Numbered from the stretch's first letter, positions 1 to 11,662 are shown. The stretch is DNA of 64,000 nucleotides from Candidatus Dormiibacterota bacterium (GCA_963709585.1 CAVPXI010000008.1:60534-124533), one strand, 5' to 3'. Numbers and translations are program-made. The notes: generated by a model from the letters alone, not told the origin.

Positions 1-108
1 GGTCGCCGGCGGGACCATCAGCCGCTCGCCGCCGCGACCGCCACCGCCCCGGCGCCGGCGTCGGGGCGCGGTGTCCGCCGGGTGCGTCGCCCGCGCCTCC
101 ACGGTCAC
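1..108 (-). CDS. 5' fragment of next gene of fdh operon (possibly NrfD/PsrC-type membrane subunit), truncated by window edge
   Basis: GTGA overlap with the stop of the Fe-S subunit; product inferred from operon context only. Confidence 0.3.
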   Translation of the reverse strand, partial: MTVEARATHPADTAPRRRRRGGGGRGGERLMVPPAT

Positions 109-1019
109 GAGCGGGCCCGGACAAATGCCGCCGCCGCACCGGCGAGCAGAGTCACACCCGCGATCGCGGATGTCCGCCACATCGCCGGGAGGTCCCGGGT
201 GGTGACCACCGGATCGGGCGGCAACCCATAGACCTCGGGCTCGTCCAGGAGCAGGAAGAACGCTCCAGCTCCGCCGATACCATCATTCGGGTCCGCGCCG
301 TAGAGCCTGGCGTCGGCGACGCCCGCGGCGTGCAGCTTCCCGACGCGGTGCTGGGCGCGGACTCGCAGCTCGTCGAGGTCGCCGTACTGGATCGACTGTG
401 TCGGGCACGCCTGCGCACACGCCGGAGTCATGCCCTCGCCAAGGCGGCCGTAGCAGAGCGTGCACTTCTGCGCGATGCCGACGTTCCTTGCGCCGGCCGG
501 GCCTTCGCGGCGGTCGATGACACCGAAGGGACAAGCCGGAACGCAATACCCGCAGCCGTTGCAGATGTCGTCCTGGATGACCACAGTCCCGAACTCGGTG
601 CGCGTCAACGATCCGGTCGGGCAGACGTCGAGACACGCGGCGTGCGTGCAGTGCTTGCAGACGTCCGACGACATCAGCCACCGGATGCCGGCCTCCACTC
701 CCACCGGAGCTGCGTTCTGGCCAGGTGTGGCGGCAACCACGGGGAGCGGCGTGAAGCCGGTCGCGTCCGCCGGGCGGCGCGGCTGTTCGATGAAGGCAAC
801 GTGGCGCCAGGTGCTGGCACCGAGTGCCCCGGTGTTGTCGTAGGACATCCCGAGCATCTGCAGTCCGTCCTCGGGGATGCCGTTCCACTCCTTGCACGCC
901 ACCTCGCACGCCTTGCAGCCGATGCAGATGGAACTGTCCGTGAAAAACCCCTTGCGCGGCGGGGCATCGGTCCAGCCCGCGGCCAGGGCCGGGTCGGGCG
1001 CGCTCGACCATCGCTCCAT
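105..1019 (-). CDS. formate dehydrogenase iron-sulfur (beta) subunit
   Basis: Four Cys clusters (CIGCKACEVAC, CKHCTHAACLDVCP, CNGCGYCVPACP, CTLC..CAQACP) and a C-terminal TM helix; ATG 1019 overlaps alpha-subunit TGA (TGATG). Confidence 0.9.
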   Translation of the reverse strand: MERWSSAPDPALAAGWTDAPPRKGFFTDSSICIGCKACEVACKEWNGIPEDGLQMLGMSYDNTGALGASTWRHVAFIEQPRRPADATGFTPLPVVAATPGQNAAPVGVEAGIRWLMSSDVCKHCTHAACLDVCPTGSLTRTEFGTVVIQDDICNGCGYCVPACPFGVIDRREGPAGARNVGIAQKCTLCYGRLGEGMTPACAQACPTQSIQYGDLDELRVRAQHRVGKLHAAGVADARLYGADPNDGIGGAGAFFLLLDEPEVYGLPPDPVVTTRDLPAMWRTSAIAGVTLLAGAAAAFVRARS

Positions 1020-4000
1020 CAAGGTGGGTCCCCGGGTGGCGTCACCCGCACGGTCCCGGTGTCGATGGTCAGGCGCGCGCGGCGCCGGTACACCTCGACG
1101 TAACGTGGCAGCGCTGCCCCGGTGGGGCGCCTGCCCGGTTGGATGTCGCACGACGCGGCTTTCGACTCCTGGATGTGCACGTTGGGATCGAGCGAGACCC
1201 CCATGACGTCGTTCGCCGAATCACCGCTGACGATCGCCCCGCCGCCGCCCACCCCCCAGTGGTACGGGAGGCCGATCTGGTGGATGGTGCGCCCGCCGAC
1301 TGTGAGTGGGGTCATCCGCTCGGTGACCAGCACCCTCGCCTCGATCGCGGTTCGCGCCGTGACGATGGTTGCCCAGCCGAGGTGCTCGAGGCCGCGCTCG
1401 GTCGCAAGCTCTGGCGAGACTTCGCAGAAGAACTCCGGCTGCAACTCGGCGAGGTACGGCGACCAGCGGCTCATGCCACCTGCGGTGTGATGCTCGGTGA
1501 GCCGGTACGTGGTCACGATGTACGGAAACACGTCGGAGCCCGGCTCCGGTGGCGACGGGCTCGTGAGATTCTCGTTGCGCGGAAACATGTCGCGCGTGGG
1601 GTTCGATTGCTGCGGATGCAACGCGTTGCGAAGCGGCGATTCGACCGGCTCGTAGTGCACCGGCAGCGGGCCGTCGAGCAGTCCGCTCGGGGCGTAGAGC
1701 CATGCCTTCCCGTCGCCCTGCATGATGAAGGGGTCGTCACCTGCGAGCCCGTCGGGCCCGCCGACGCCCGGCTCGGGACGAAACGAAGGCGCCTTGGTCG
1801 CCTGGAAGTCCGGCACGTCGTGCCCGGTCCATTTCCCCGCGGCCTCGTCCCACCAGACGTACGCTTTGCGTTCGCTCCAGGGCTTGCCTTCCGGGTCGGC
1901 CGACGCGCGGTTGTAGAGAATCCGCCGGTTCATCGGCCAGGCCCACCCCCAGTCGGGTGCGACCCACGACTGCTCCGATCCCGGCTTCCGCCTCGCCGAC
2001 CGGTTGACGCCGTCGCTGTAGACACCCGTGTAAATCCAGCAGCCACCCGATGTTGAACCATCCGCCTTCATCTCGATGAAGCTGCTGAGCATCTGCCCGG
2101 CCCTCTCTCCGCTGAGGTGGCGACCGTTGATCTCGCGCAACACCGCCTCAGCATCGGGCTCCTCGCCGGCGAGCAGCGGATAGTCCCACGCCAGCGTGCG
2201 CAGCGGCAGGTCGCGTTCGAGCGGTGACGTCTCAAGACGCTCCCGAAGCAGCCTGCCGAGGTGATAGAAGAAGTGGAGCTCGCTGCGACAGTCGCCCGAC
2301 GGCTCGACTGCCTTGTGGTGCCACTGGAGCAGGCGTTGAGTCTGCGTGAAGGTGCCGTCCTTCTCCGTGTGCGCCGCGGCTGGGAGGAAGAACACCTCGG
2401 TGCCGATATCCTCAGTGCGCATCTCGCCGGTGGCGATCTCCGGACCGTCCTTCCAGAACGTGGCGGACTCGATGAGATTGAAGTCCCGAACCACCAGCCA
2501 CCTCAGGTGGGACATCGCGAGCCGCTGCAGCTTGCCGTTCGCGGACCCGACTGCGGGATTCTGCCCGAGCAGGAAGTAACCCTCGACCTTCCCGTCGAGC
2601 ATGTCCACGATCGTCTGATAGTTGCTGTGGTCGCCACTGATGCGCGGCAGCCATTCGAAGCCGAAGTCGTTGTCCGGCGTGGCAGCGTCACCCCACCATG
2701 CTTTGAGCAGGCTGACGACATATGTGTCCGCTGCCGTCCAGAAGCCCTTCTGTCCGTCGCTTTTGATCGACGCGAGGTACGCGTGGAGATCCGCGTGCAC
2801 CCCCGCCTTCGGCATCGGGAGATACCCGGGGAGCAGATCAAAGAGCGTTGGAATGTCTGTCGATCCCTGGATGCTCGCGTGGCCGCGGAGCGCGAGGATG
2901 CCGCCGCCCGGACGCCCGATGTTGCCGAGCAGCAGCTGGATGATGGCCGCACCGCGGATGTACTGGACCCCGACGGAGTGCTGTGTCCACCCCACCGAAT
3001 ACACCCACGCTGTCGTGCGTTCGCGACCACTGTTGGCGGTGACCGCCTCGCACACCGTCGCGAACTGCCCGGCTGGGACACCGCAGATGCGCTCGACCAC
3101 CTCGGGGGTGTACCGCGCGTAGTGACGCTTGAGAATCTGAAAGACGCAGAAGGGATCCTGGAGGCTTTCATCGCGCCGGACCCCCCGTGGGGCAGGGCTG
3201 TGCCGCGGCCACCGAGCTCGTGGCCACCCCCGCCCGCGTGCGCCGCCGGCTGCCTGCCCGGCACCACCCGCGAGCCCGCCGCCGCGGCCATCTCCATCCC
3301 CTCATATGCCCAGCTGGTGGTGTCATACGTCCCGGCCGTCGGGTCGAAGCCGGAGAAGAGGCCGCCGAGCTGGTCGGCGTCCTGGAAGTCCTCACTGACG
3401 ATCGTGGCCGCGTTGGTGTAGCGCACGACGTACTCACGGAAATACTTCTCGGTGCTGAGGATGTAGTTGATGATTCCGCCAAGGAAGGCGATATCGCTGC
3501 CGGCGCGAACCGGCACGAACACGTCGGCCATCGCCGATGTCCTGGTGAAGCGCGGGTCGATGTGGATGATCGTCGCGCCGCGCGCCTTGGCCTCCATGAC
3601 CCACTGAAATCCAACCGGGTGACACTCGGCCATGTTCGAGCCCTGGATGACGATGCAGTCAGCGTTCTGCAGGTCCTGCTGGAAGGTCGTGGCTCCGCCC
3701 CGTCCGAACGATGTCCCCAGACTGGGGACGGTGGAGCTATGTCAAATACGGGCCTGGTTCTCGACCTGCACGACCCCGATCGCTGTGAAGAGTTTCTTGA
3801 TCAGGTAGTTCTCTTCGTTGTCCAGGGTGGCGCCGCCGAGGCTTGCGATTCCGAGCGTGCGGTGCACCGCGTCTCCGCGCGCGTCGGCGTCCTCCCAGGT
3901 TCGGGTGCGAGTGTCGATCAATCGGTCGGCGATCATCTCCATGGCACGCTCGAGCGGGAGGTCTTCCCAATCGGTGCCGTAGGGGCGCCGGTACTTGACC

Positions 4001-4311
4001 GTTGTCACCCGGCTCGGGCTGTTGACCAGCTGCTCGCTCGCCGATCCCTTCGGGCACAGACGGCCTCGCGATATCGGCGAGTCGGGATCGCCCTCGATCT
4101 GCACCACGCGCTCACCTTTCACGTAGACGCGCTGGCCGCAGCCGACCGCGCAGTACGGACAGATGCTCTTGACCATGCGGTCGGCGGTCCTGGTCCGGGG
4201 CGTGAGCGCTTCGGTGCGCGCCGAGCGAACCGCGGTCCCGCGTCCGAGCCGGTCCCCGCCGGTGAGTTGGCGAACCACCGGCCACGTACCAAGTCGACGG
4301 CGGATGCTCAC
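1019..4311 (-). CDS. selenocysteine-containing formate dehydrogenase alpha subunit (FdnG-like); in-frame TGA at 3742-3744, apparent frameshift near 3180
   Basis: CPYCAVGC..CPKG Fe-S motif, NQARI-U-HSSTV active site, AECHP, LRGH, molybdopterin C-terminal domain; GTG start with GGAGG RBS; split over three ORFs in the track. Confidence 0.88.
3713..3729 (-). promoter_or_regulatory. bacterial SECIS hairpin
   Basis: GTCCCCAGTCTGGGGAC inverted repeat starting 12 nt 3' of the in-frame UGA. Confidence 0.75.
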
Positions 4312-4478
4312 TCGATTACCTCCAGGCATGCTGCAACCGGCGAGGCGGACCGCCAAGGATGATAGTCCCCAGCGGCGGGGACGGACGAGCAGAATGACGA
4401 ATTCTCCCGACGACCTCGCCGGCGCGATCAGGCGACTGGAGCGCACCACGTGCATCTTGTGAGGACTGGGAAATCTCG

Positions 4479-6749
4479 ATGACCGGCCAGGCGACCGTTC
4501 CCGCTGTGGCGGAGGCCGCGCCCTCCCCCCCGCGTGCCGCCCCCGAGAGGCGCGCCGACCCCCGCCGCGTGACCCTGCACCGCGCAACCCGGGCAGCGAT
4601 CGTCAATCCCGCCGTCTTCGCGTTCAGCCTCCTGGTGATCCGCGATCTGCAGGTTGCCACCTTTGCCGCTTTCGGATGCTTCGGGTTGCTGGTGATGGCG
4701 GACTTCGGCGGTCCTCGGCGGACCCGAGCGCTCGCGTACGCCGCCGCGACCCTCGCCGGCGCTGCGCTGGTTGCGCTCGGAACCGTTGTCTCGTTCAGCG
4801 CCGTCATTGCCGCGATCGTCATGCTGGCGATCGGTTTCACGCTGTCCTTCGCGAGCGTCTTCGGTGGGTACGTCGCGGCTGCGCAGACGGCGCTCCTGCT
4901 CGTGTTCGTGCTCTCGGCCTCGGTAGTCGCTCCCGCCTCCGCAATCCCGACCCGTCTAGCTGGATGGCTGCTCGCCGGGGTGGTCTCGACCCTCGCCGGG
5001 GTGGTCTTCTGGCCGTGGTTTGAGCATGCCTCGCTGCGCAAACGGGCCGCCGAAGCCTGCGACGCCTTGGCAGACCTCGTCGCGGCGATGCGACGTGGTC
5101 CCGCGAACGAGCAGGTCGCAGCGTACGCTCGGGCGGCGCGCACGGCCGTGTCGGCGGTCCGTAGGGAGTACGCGCACACCGGCATGCGACCCGCGGGTCC
5201 CACCCTCCGCGATCGTGCATTCGTCGAGCTCGTGGCTCAGAGCGAGCAGGTCGTCGATCTCATCGAGCGACCGTTCCACGAACTGCGTCCGTCGCTGCGG
5301 CCCTGCATCCAGGAGGGGGACCTGCTTGCCGAGGCGGTGATCGCCGCGTTGCGTAGGAGTGCCGAGGTCCTCACGGGCGGATCTCCACCGCCCGTGCGCG
5401 ACCTCGAGGTGGCGCGGCGCGCACATCGCGCCGCACTCGACCGCTGGGCTGCCGATGAGCTGCGAACCGGACGTGCGCCGGACGACGTGCTCGACGGCCT
5501 CGACGTCGATCACACGCTTCGGGTGATCGCATACCTGACCATCGGACTGAGCACGAATGCGGTCATCGCGGCTGGAGGGAGACCGGAAGGCGGCGTGTCG
5601 TTGCCGGCCGGAACCTCACGACAGGAAGGCGCCCGCGGCGTCGCGCTGCGAACTGCGCGGACGCTGCGCACCCACCTGGAGCCGAGCTCGACGATCCTCC
5701 ACAGCAGCGCACGCGTGGCCGTTGGGCTGGCGATCTCAGTGCTGCTTGCACGGACCCTCGGTCTCGGCCACGCGTTCTGGGTGGTGCTGGGCACGCTCTC
5801 CGTGCTTCGTTCGAACGCCCTGGCAACGGGGCGGACCACGGTGCAGGCGCTGGCAGGCAGCGTCATCGGGTTTGCCGCCGGCGGTCTCTTCGCAAGTCTT
5901 GCCGGCAATGATCCGGTCCTCATGTGGGTTGCGATGCCGATTGCGATCTTCCTCGCGTCGTACGCTGCCAGCGCCATCGGGTTCGTGGCCGGCCAGGCGG
6001 CCTTCACCGTGACGGTGATCATCATCTTCAACCTGATCACGCCGGTCGGATGGCAGGTGGGCCTGGTGCGCATCGAGGACGTGGCGGTCGGCACCGGCGT
6101 CAGCATCGTTGTCGGAGTCCTGCTCTGGCCGCGAGGCGCGCGGCGCGACCTCGCCCGAGCGACCGCCGGCTTCTATCGCGCCGTTCGCGCCTACGTCGCC
6201 CAGGCGTTCGGCCTGGTGCTCGGCATGGACAGCACCGCCGACGTCGCCCGGATCCGCGCCGACGCGGTGCGAGCACGGGACCGCGCGGGCGAAGCATTCG
6301 ACGTCTTCCTCAACGAACGCGGCGCCAAGCCTCTCGGTACCGATGTGGCGGCTCGCCTCGTCGCTGCGGGAAACCAGGCGTTGCTGGCCGGCGACCTGCT
6401 CGTGGTGGTCGCGACCGACCTCGGCTACCGGGCCACTTCCTGCCCCGACGGTGCCGCGACAGTCGACGCGCAGGTGCGCACGCTGCTGGCTGGGGTCGAT
6501 CATCTCGCCGATGAACTGACCGGGGTGCGCAACGCTCGCGCCGGCCCCGAGCATCCATCGCTCGAGGCACTGCGTTCCGCCGCGGTGAAGTGCATGCGTC
6601 GGGCAGGGAGCGATCAGCGGGCCGTCCGCGGCGCGATCGCGCTCGTGATCGCGGGCGAATGGGTGCAGAACCTGGCGCGCATGGAAGAGGGTCTCGAGCA
6701 GCCTGTCGAGGCGGCCGTGGCAACTGCGCGAATGCGGTGGTGGCGCTGA
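4479..6749 (+). CDS. FUSC (fusaric acid resistance-like) family membrane protein
   Basis: Two hydrophobic multi-TM blocks separated by helical domains; FWVVLGTLSVL, RIEDVAVG..LLWP motifs. Confidence 0.8.
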   Translation: MTGQATVPAVAEAAPSPPRAAPERRADPRRVTLHRATRAAIVNPAVFAFSLLVIRDLQVATFAAFGCFGLLVMADFGGPRRTRALAYAAATLAGAALVALGTVVSFSAVIAAIVMLAIGFTLSFASVFGGYVAAAQTALLLVFVLSASVVAPASAIPTRLAGWLLAGVVSTLAGVVFWPWFEHASLRKRAAEACDALADLVAAMRRGPANEQVAAYARAARTAVSAVRREYAHTGMRPAGPTLRDRAFVELVAQSEQVVDLIERPFHELRPSLRPCIQEGDLLAEAVIAALRRSAEVLTGGSPPPVRDLEVARRAHRAALDRWAADELRTGRAPDDVLDGLDVDHTLRVIAYLTIGLSTNAVIAAGGRPEGGVSLPAGTSRQEGARGVALRTARTLRTHLEPSSTILHSSARVAVGLAISVLLARTLGLGHAFWVVLGTLSVLRSNALATGRTTVQALAGSVIGFAAGGLFASLAGNDPVLMWVAMPIAIFLASYAASAIGFVAGQAAFTVTVIIIFNLITPVGWQVGLVRIEDVAVGTGVSIVVGVLLWPRGARRDLARATAGFYRAVRAYVAQAFGLVLGMDSTADVARIRADAVRARDRAGEAFDVFLNERGAKPLGTDVAARLVAAGNQALLAGDLLVVVATDLGYRATSCPDGAATVDAQVRTLLAGVDHLADELTGVRNARAGPEHPSLEALRSAAVKCMRRAGSDQRAVRGAIALVIAGEWVQNLARMEEGLEQPVEAAVATARMRWWR

Positions 6750-6789
6750 TGACCGCCGCGATTGCAACCGAACCAGACGGCGGAGGTGG

Positions 6790-7653
6790 ATGATGACGAC
6801 GGTCGCGGTCCTCGGTATCGGCAAGATGGGCGGCGCGATGGCGCGCCGTCTCGCCGCCTCCGGCTTTGACCTGACGCTGTGGAATCGCACGCCCAGCAGG
6901 GCGCAGGAACTGGGCATCGGTCGCGTCGCGGCCACACCGGCGGATGCTGCGCGCGATGCCGAGGTTGTGCTCAGCAGCCTGACCAACGAAGCCGCTGTCC
7001 GCGATGTCTACCTGGGCGACGACGGAGTGCTCCGGACCGCGGCGGGCAAGCTGATCATCGACGCGAGCACCGCGGGGCCGCGCGTGGCCGAAGAACTGGG
7101 CCGCGAAGCGCAGGCAAAGGGAGCGCGGTTTCTCGAAGCGCCGGTGGTCGGGAGCGTGCCCGCAGTGGAGAGCGGCAAGCTGCTCATCCTTGTGGCGGGC
7201 GATCGCACCGTCGTCGAGCAGGCGCGACCGGTGCTCGAACAGCTCGGCCAGATCACCTACGCCGGTGCGTGGGGCAATGCGCAGCGGTTGAAGCTGATCG
7301 CCAACAGCATGTTGGGCATCACCAGCGCTGCCGCCGCCGAGCTGCTCGCTGCCGGGGCGGCCGCGGGGCTCGATGGCGGACAGGTTTTCTCGATCCTGAC
7401 TCGGTTTGCGCCGGGGCTGGCCGCGCGCGAGCGCGGCTTCCTCCACGACCAGCACAGCCCGACGATGTTCGCGGTGCGCGACCTGGTCAAGGACCTCGAC
7501 CTTTCGCTCGAGACGTACAGCGGTGCGGGTAGCCGGATGCCGCTCACGCGCCAGGCGCGCGAACTGTTCGCGGCGACCATGCAACAGTCGCCGGACCTCG
7601 ATATCTCAGCCATCGTCGGGTTAGGTGATGCCGTCGAGTTGCCGCCACGTTGA
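6790..7653 (+). CDS. NAD(P)-dependent oxidoreductase, 3-hydroxyisobutyrate dehydrogenase family
   Basis: GIGKMG, WNRT, EAPVVGS, KLIAN, KDLDL motifs. Confidence 0.9.
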   Translation: MMTTVAVLGIGKMGGAMARRLAASGFDLTLWNRTPSRAQELGIGRVAATPADAARDAEVVLSSLTNEAAVRDVYLGDDGVLRTAAGKLIIDASTAGPRVAEELGREAQAKGARFLEAPVVGSVPAVESGKLLILVAGDRTVVEQARPVLEQLGQITYAGAWGNAQRLKLIANSMLGITSAAAAELLAAGAAAGLDGGQVFSILTRFAPGLAARERGFLHDQHSPTMFAVRDLVKDLDLSLETYSGAGSRMPLTRQARELFAATMQQSPDLDISAIVGLGDAVELPPR

Positions 7654-8635
7654 CCCGGTCAGCGCCCAGATGTGAAGTGGACTCGCGCTCTGCGCCCGCG
7701 AGCCGACCACAACGAGTTGGCGGCGATCAAGGTCAGCAATCTCGATCGCCGGTGTGACTGGAGAGGGCGCCACCTCGAGTGATGCCCAGGCCGTACCGGT
7801 CCACATCCACAACTTCGGCTCAGACGTGAACACACCGTTACAGCTGCACAGTACGAGTCGACCGAGCGCAGGATCGAGCGCCAGACTCGATCCGACCGCC
7901 GGGGGGTTGGGAGCGAGCACGATTTGACGCCAAACGCCCTTGTCCAGGCGCCATGTCGTGTCCACCGTGCCGCCGTCGGACGATGGTGCTTGACAGCATC
8001 CGACCGCCAGGAGCGATCGAGTCACCGGGTCGAATGCCATACCACTGACGAAGGCTGCGTTCGGAAAGTAGCTGCTCATCTGGTTGACCCATCGAGACCC
8101 ACGCCAGATCCAGTTGCCGGCTCCCCCTTCACTGGCGGCGGTGACGAGCACCATCTCCTTCTTGGCTTCGTCCCAGGCCATCGCAGAACCTTCCCCGGGC
8201 GGCGGACCGCCGGAGCCGCCGGCGAGCTTGCGCCACGTGATCCCGTTCCACGCCCACGTGTCGTTGGCTGCATCGCCTGAACTCGAGCCGTCCACCGAAG
8301 AGCAACACCTGCGCGGTCTGAGGATCAAAGGCGGCAGACGCACCGACCCGACCCAGCGGGCTCGCCGAGGGGTGGGTGAGCAGCCACCTCGTGCCGTTCC
8401 AGAGCCAGGTGTTGTCGTAGTTGTCCACGCCACCAAAGAGGACGACCGCGTGCATGGGCGGATCGTCCACCGCTGAAAACCCGAGGGCGGTCAGCGGTTG
8501 CGCTGGGGCTGCGGTCGGGGTCACTCCGGGAACAGTCGGCGGCGCCGTGGGGCGCTGAGCCAGCGAGAGAGCGCCGCCTGCAATCGCTGTGACGGCAATC
8601 ACACTCGCGAGCACAAGCGCGGACCGATGCTGCAA
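7621..8635 (-). CDS. secreted Kelch/beta-propeller-like protein (frameshift near 8290)
   Basis: Signal peptide, repeated LFGG...DTWxWNGxxW units across ORFs 8129-8635 and 7621-8436. Confidence 0.65.
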
Positions 8636-8796
8636 TCGTCACCTCCGCCAGACTGGCTCTCTGAGTTTGGCGGACCGAATTGTCCTATTTACTCATGGAG
8701 CCGAACGTGCTTCAGAGCCTTGCTAGAGCCACACCCGCCGGTCGGTAGCGCTGCCCGACGGTACCCGAAAACCGCCTTCGGCCGTCTATAGGATGC

Positions 8797-9302
8797 ATGC
8801 CTCATCCGAACCGCATCAGCTCCGACGGCAAGGGAGCGCGCGAGGTCAGCGAGTTCTTTGATCGGTATGCACGCGAGTTAGCCGCTGCGGTGGCGCTTGC
8901 GACCGGCGACATTGCCGCAGCCGAAGACGCCATCCAGGAAGCGATCGCCAGCGCATATTCTGATTGGGATCGGGTGTCCCGAATGGGCCGCCCAGGCATC
9001 TGGGTCCTTCGCGTGGCGCAGCGCAAGGCGATCGACGGATGGCGCAAGCGGCACCGAGAGTACGCCCTTGACGACGAATCCACACGCGCTTCCGTGCCCG
9101 ACGTTGTGCAGCGTCTCTGGGTCAGGTGGGGCCTCGAACGTCTGACACCGGAGGACCGAATGCTGGTCATCCTCCGGCACCGCGACAGCCTGAGCGTCGA
9201 CGAGATTGCCGTCGCCGTGGGAAACCAACGAATACGGTGGCGGTTGCGCTGAAGAGGGCTCGCCGACGCTTGCGCAATTTGCTAAGGGAGGCCGATCAGT
9301 GA
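8797..9302 (+). CDS. ECF RNA polymerase sigma factor (frameshift near 9220)
   Basis: Region 2 AEDAIQEA..W; region 4 LSVDEIA continues in another frame as GKPTNTVAVALKRARRRLR to TGA 9302. Confidence 0.75.
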
Positions 9303-10168
9303 ATCGCATGGAACAGGACCTTCACGACCTCGGAGCCATTCTCTGGCCGGACGGCGTATCCCTCCGGCCGAAGTTGCGAGGTACGAAGGAAGGATCATCG
9401 CCAGCACCGTCCCGCTTCATTGTGGCCGCCATCGGGACAGCAACCCTCCTCGTCGTTTTCGGCATCATTGGGCTGGGTCTCGTGGTCCTGCACAGACAAA
9501 CGCCGCCTTCAAGTGTCGCGTCAGTGCCGCCAGTCGCGACGGCATCGGCGGGGCCTACCGTAACTCGCGTCGAAATGTCGGTTCCGGGGAATCCGCTTAC
9601 ATTTGAGGTCGCCAACGGCACGATCATCGCGATGCACCTCCACAGCACGACAAACGCGCCTGGGAGCACGTGGGCGGTGGGCACGACGGGGCCCGGGGTC
9701 GACTTCCAGCCTGTCAAAGTTACTTACCCGGGAACACATCCGGCGTCATCGGCCGTCGACTTCTATGTCGCGTTCCGCATTCCCGACATAGGAGTGACAC
9801 ACATCGACATCGGGATTCCGGTCACCTGCCCGAAGGCGTTGTCCTGCCCTGACCTGTTTCAGACGTTCAATATTCGTTCGGTCGCCCCGCCGATGCACAC
9901 GGGAACGGTGACTGGAGAACTCACGCTGGAATGCATGCCAGCCAACTGTGTCGCACCAGCCAGGAATGCGTTGATCAGCTTCCGGAATACGCTGGGTCAA
10001 ACCATCAGCACCAAGACCGATGCTGCGGGCGACTACTTCGCGGAGTTGCCCCCGGGGATCTGGCAACTGGGAACACCGCTAGCGCCCACGCCCGGTTCAA
10101 CGATCCGGTTCACGATCAGGGCAGCGGGCGACATCGTAATCGAGGACGTCCAACTCCCCCGGCTGTGA
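9299..10168 (+). CDS. single-pass membrane protein, putative anti-sigma factor, with C-terminal carboxypeptidase-regulatory-like domain
   Basis: GTGA coupling to sigma factor, one TM, C-terminal TDAAGDYFAELPPG motif. Confidence 0.55.
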   Translation: MNRMEQDLHDLGAILWPDGVSLRPKLRGTKEGSSPAPSRFIVAAIGTATLLVVFGIIGLGLVVLHRQTPPSSVASVPPVATASAGPTVTRVEMSVPGNPLTFEVANGTIIAMHLHSTTNAPGSTWAVGTTGPGVDFQPVKVTYPGTHPASSAVDFYVAFRIPDIGVTHIDIGIPVTCPKALSCPDLFQTFNIRSVAPPMHTGTVTGELTLECMPANCVAPARNALISFRNTLGQTISTKTDAAGDYFAELPPGIWQLGTPLAPTPGSTIRFTIRAAGDIVIEDVQLPRL

Positions 10169-10478
10169 TAAGCCCCGTGCTCGCCAGATCCGCGCGTTGG
10201 TCCTCTGCCAAAGCCGCAGCCGGTGGCGTTCGCGCAGCCTGCCACGAAGGCAACATGACCACGGCCGCCTTGTTGGCTGGAAGGAATGAGCATTCTCGGA
10301 AGCATCAGGGGTCAGACGGGTACCCCGCTATCGAGACGGGAGTGCACCGATCGCCCTCCTGGGTGAGGCGGGCCTTTCCTGGCGCAGAGCAGCAGGGCAC
10401 AAGATTTCGTTACATCGGGGCGCACATGCGTCAAACCGGCAGCACCAATGGCCGCGCTGTTGCTCGTAGCGTATTCCC

Positions 10479-11525
10479 ATGCGGGTTTCGAACCGATGGC
10501 CGGCGCTCGACGGCTTGCGGGCGGTCGCGGTCTGTGCGGTCATACTCACACACACGTGGGTCTCGCAATTCCCGGGAGGCTGGATCGGGGTCGATGTCTT
10601 CTTCGTGCTCTCCGGCTTTCTCATAACCGGTGTGCTCCTTCGCGAGGACGGAGAGACGGGGACCATCTCGCTTCTTCGTTTCTATCGGCGACGCGCAGTA
10701 CGACTGCTCCCCGCCGTTTTGGTCATGCTGCCGATCGTCGTCGTTGCGGCATACGTATTTCGCCCAGGTCTCGCGTCAGCAACCCTGCGCATGGCCATCT
10801 TCACTGTGGTGTACAGCGCCAACTGGTTTGCTGCCTCTCACCAGCCCACGGGGCTCCTGAGCCACACGTGGTCGCTCTCCGTGGAGGAGCAGTTTTATCT
10901 GGTCTGGCCCGTGCTTTTGATATTGATGCTCCGCTGGCGCAGCGCTCGTCTCGCGCTGGTCTTGACCATTGTCTGCATCGTCGCCGTGGTCATCCATCGA
11001 ACGATGGCCGCGCAGGCCGTGAACCCACACGACGCGCAGCTCTTTTGGCGCACCGACACTCGGGTGGATTCGATTTTGGTTGGGTGCGCACTCTGCTTGG
11101 CATCGTCGCTTGGCTACAAGGGATCCGAACGGTTGTGGCGCACCGCCGCTCTGATTGGCGCGGCGTACATGGCCGCGCTCCTTCCGACCGCGTACAACAC
11201 CGGAGGCTGGAATTACACCGTCGGTTATACGGTACTCGCGTTGGCCGCAGCAAGCGTCGTCGGAGCGGTGGCCGTGCATCCCTGGCCACCACTTGTACGC
11301 GTGCTCTCGTGGACTCCACTTGTGCGGATAGGCAAGATATCGTACGCCGTCTATCTCTGGCACTTCCCGATCGCGGTTTTGCTGCCTCTCGGTCAGGGCC
11401 CGGTGCTGGCGCTGGCGACCTTCGCGCTGAGCGTCCTGGTTGCCGAAGTGTCGTGGCGAGTTGTGGAGCGCCCCGCACAGCGATGGCGCTCTCCACGCAA
11501 CGCGCTCCGACCCGTGGCGGCGTGA
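10479..11525 (+). CDS. acyltransferase family 3 (OafA-like O-acyltransferase)
   Basis: LDGLRAVAV, GVDVFFVLSGFLIT, HTWSLSVEEQFY, GKISYAVYLWH. Confidence 0.92.
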   Translation: MRVSNRWPALDGLRAVAVCAVILTHTWVSQFPGGWIGVDVFFVLSGFLITGVLLREDGETGTISLLRFYRRRAVRLLPAVLVMLPIVVVAAYVFRPGLASATLRMAIFTVVYSANWFAASHQPTGLLSHTWSLSVEEQFYLVWPVLLILMLRWRSARLALVLTIVCIVAVVIHRTMAAQAVNPHDAQLFWRTDTRVDSILVGCALCLASSLGYKGSERLWRTAALIGAAYMAALLPTAYNTGGWNYTVGYTVLALAAASVVGAVAVHPWPPLVRVLSWTPLVRIGKISYAVYLWHFPIAVLLPLGQGPVLALATFALSVLVAEVSWRVVERPAQRWRSPRNALRPVAA

Positions 11526-11662
11526 GTTGATGGCGTACAGGCTAACGTTGCATCGCTGTCACAGCCCAACCTCGGAACAGCGAGCAGAGTACACGCGTGA
11601 TCTACGTTGGAGCCGAGTTCGGATGCCCGGGGTGATCGAAGTCGTTCAACTATGGACGGCGC

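Noticed and set aside
3170-3190. Programmed frameshift in fdh alpha
   Set aside because: Falls at a C6 homopolymer in a window full of similar indels; sequencing error is more likely
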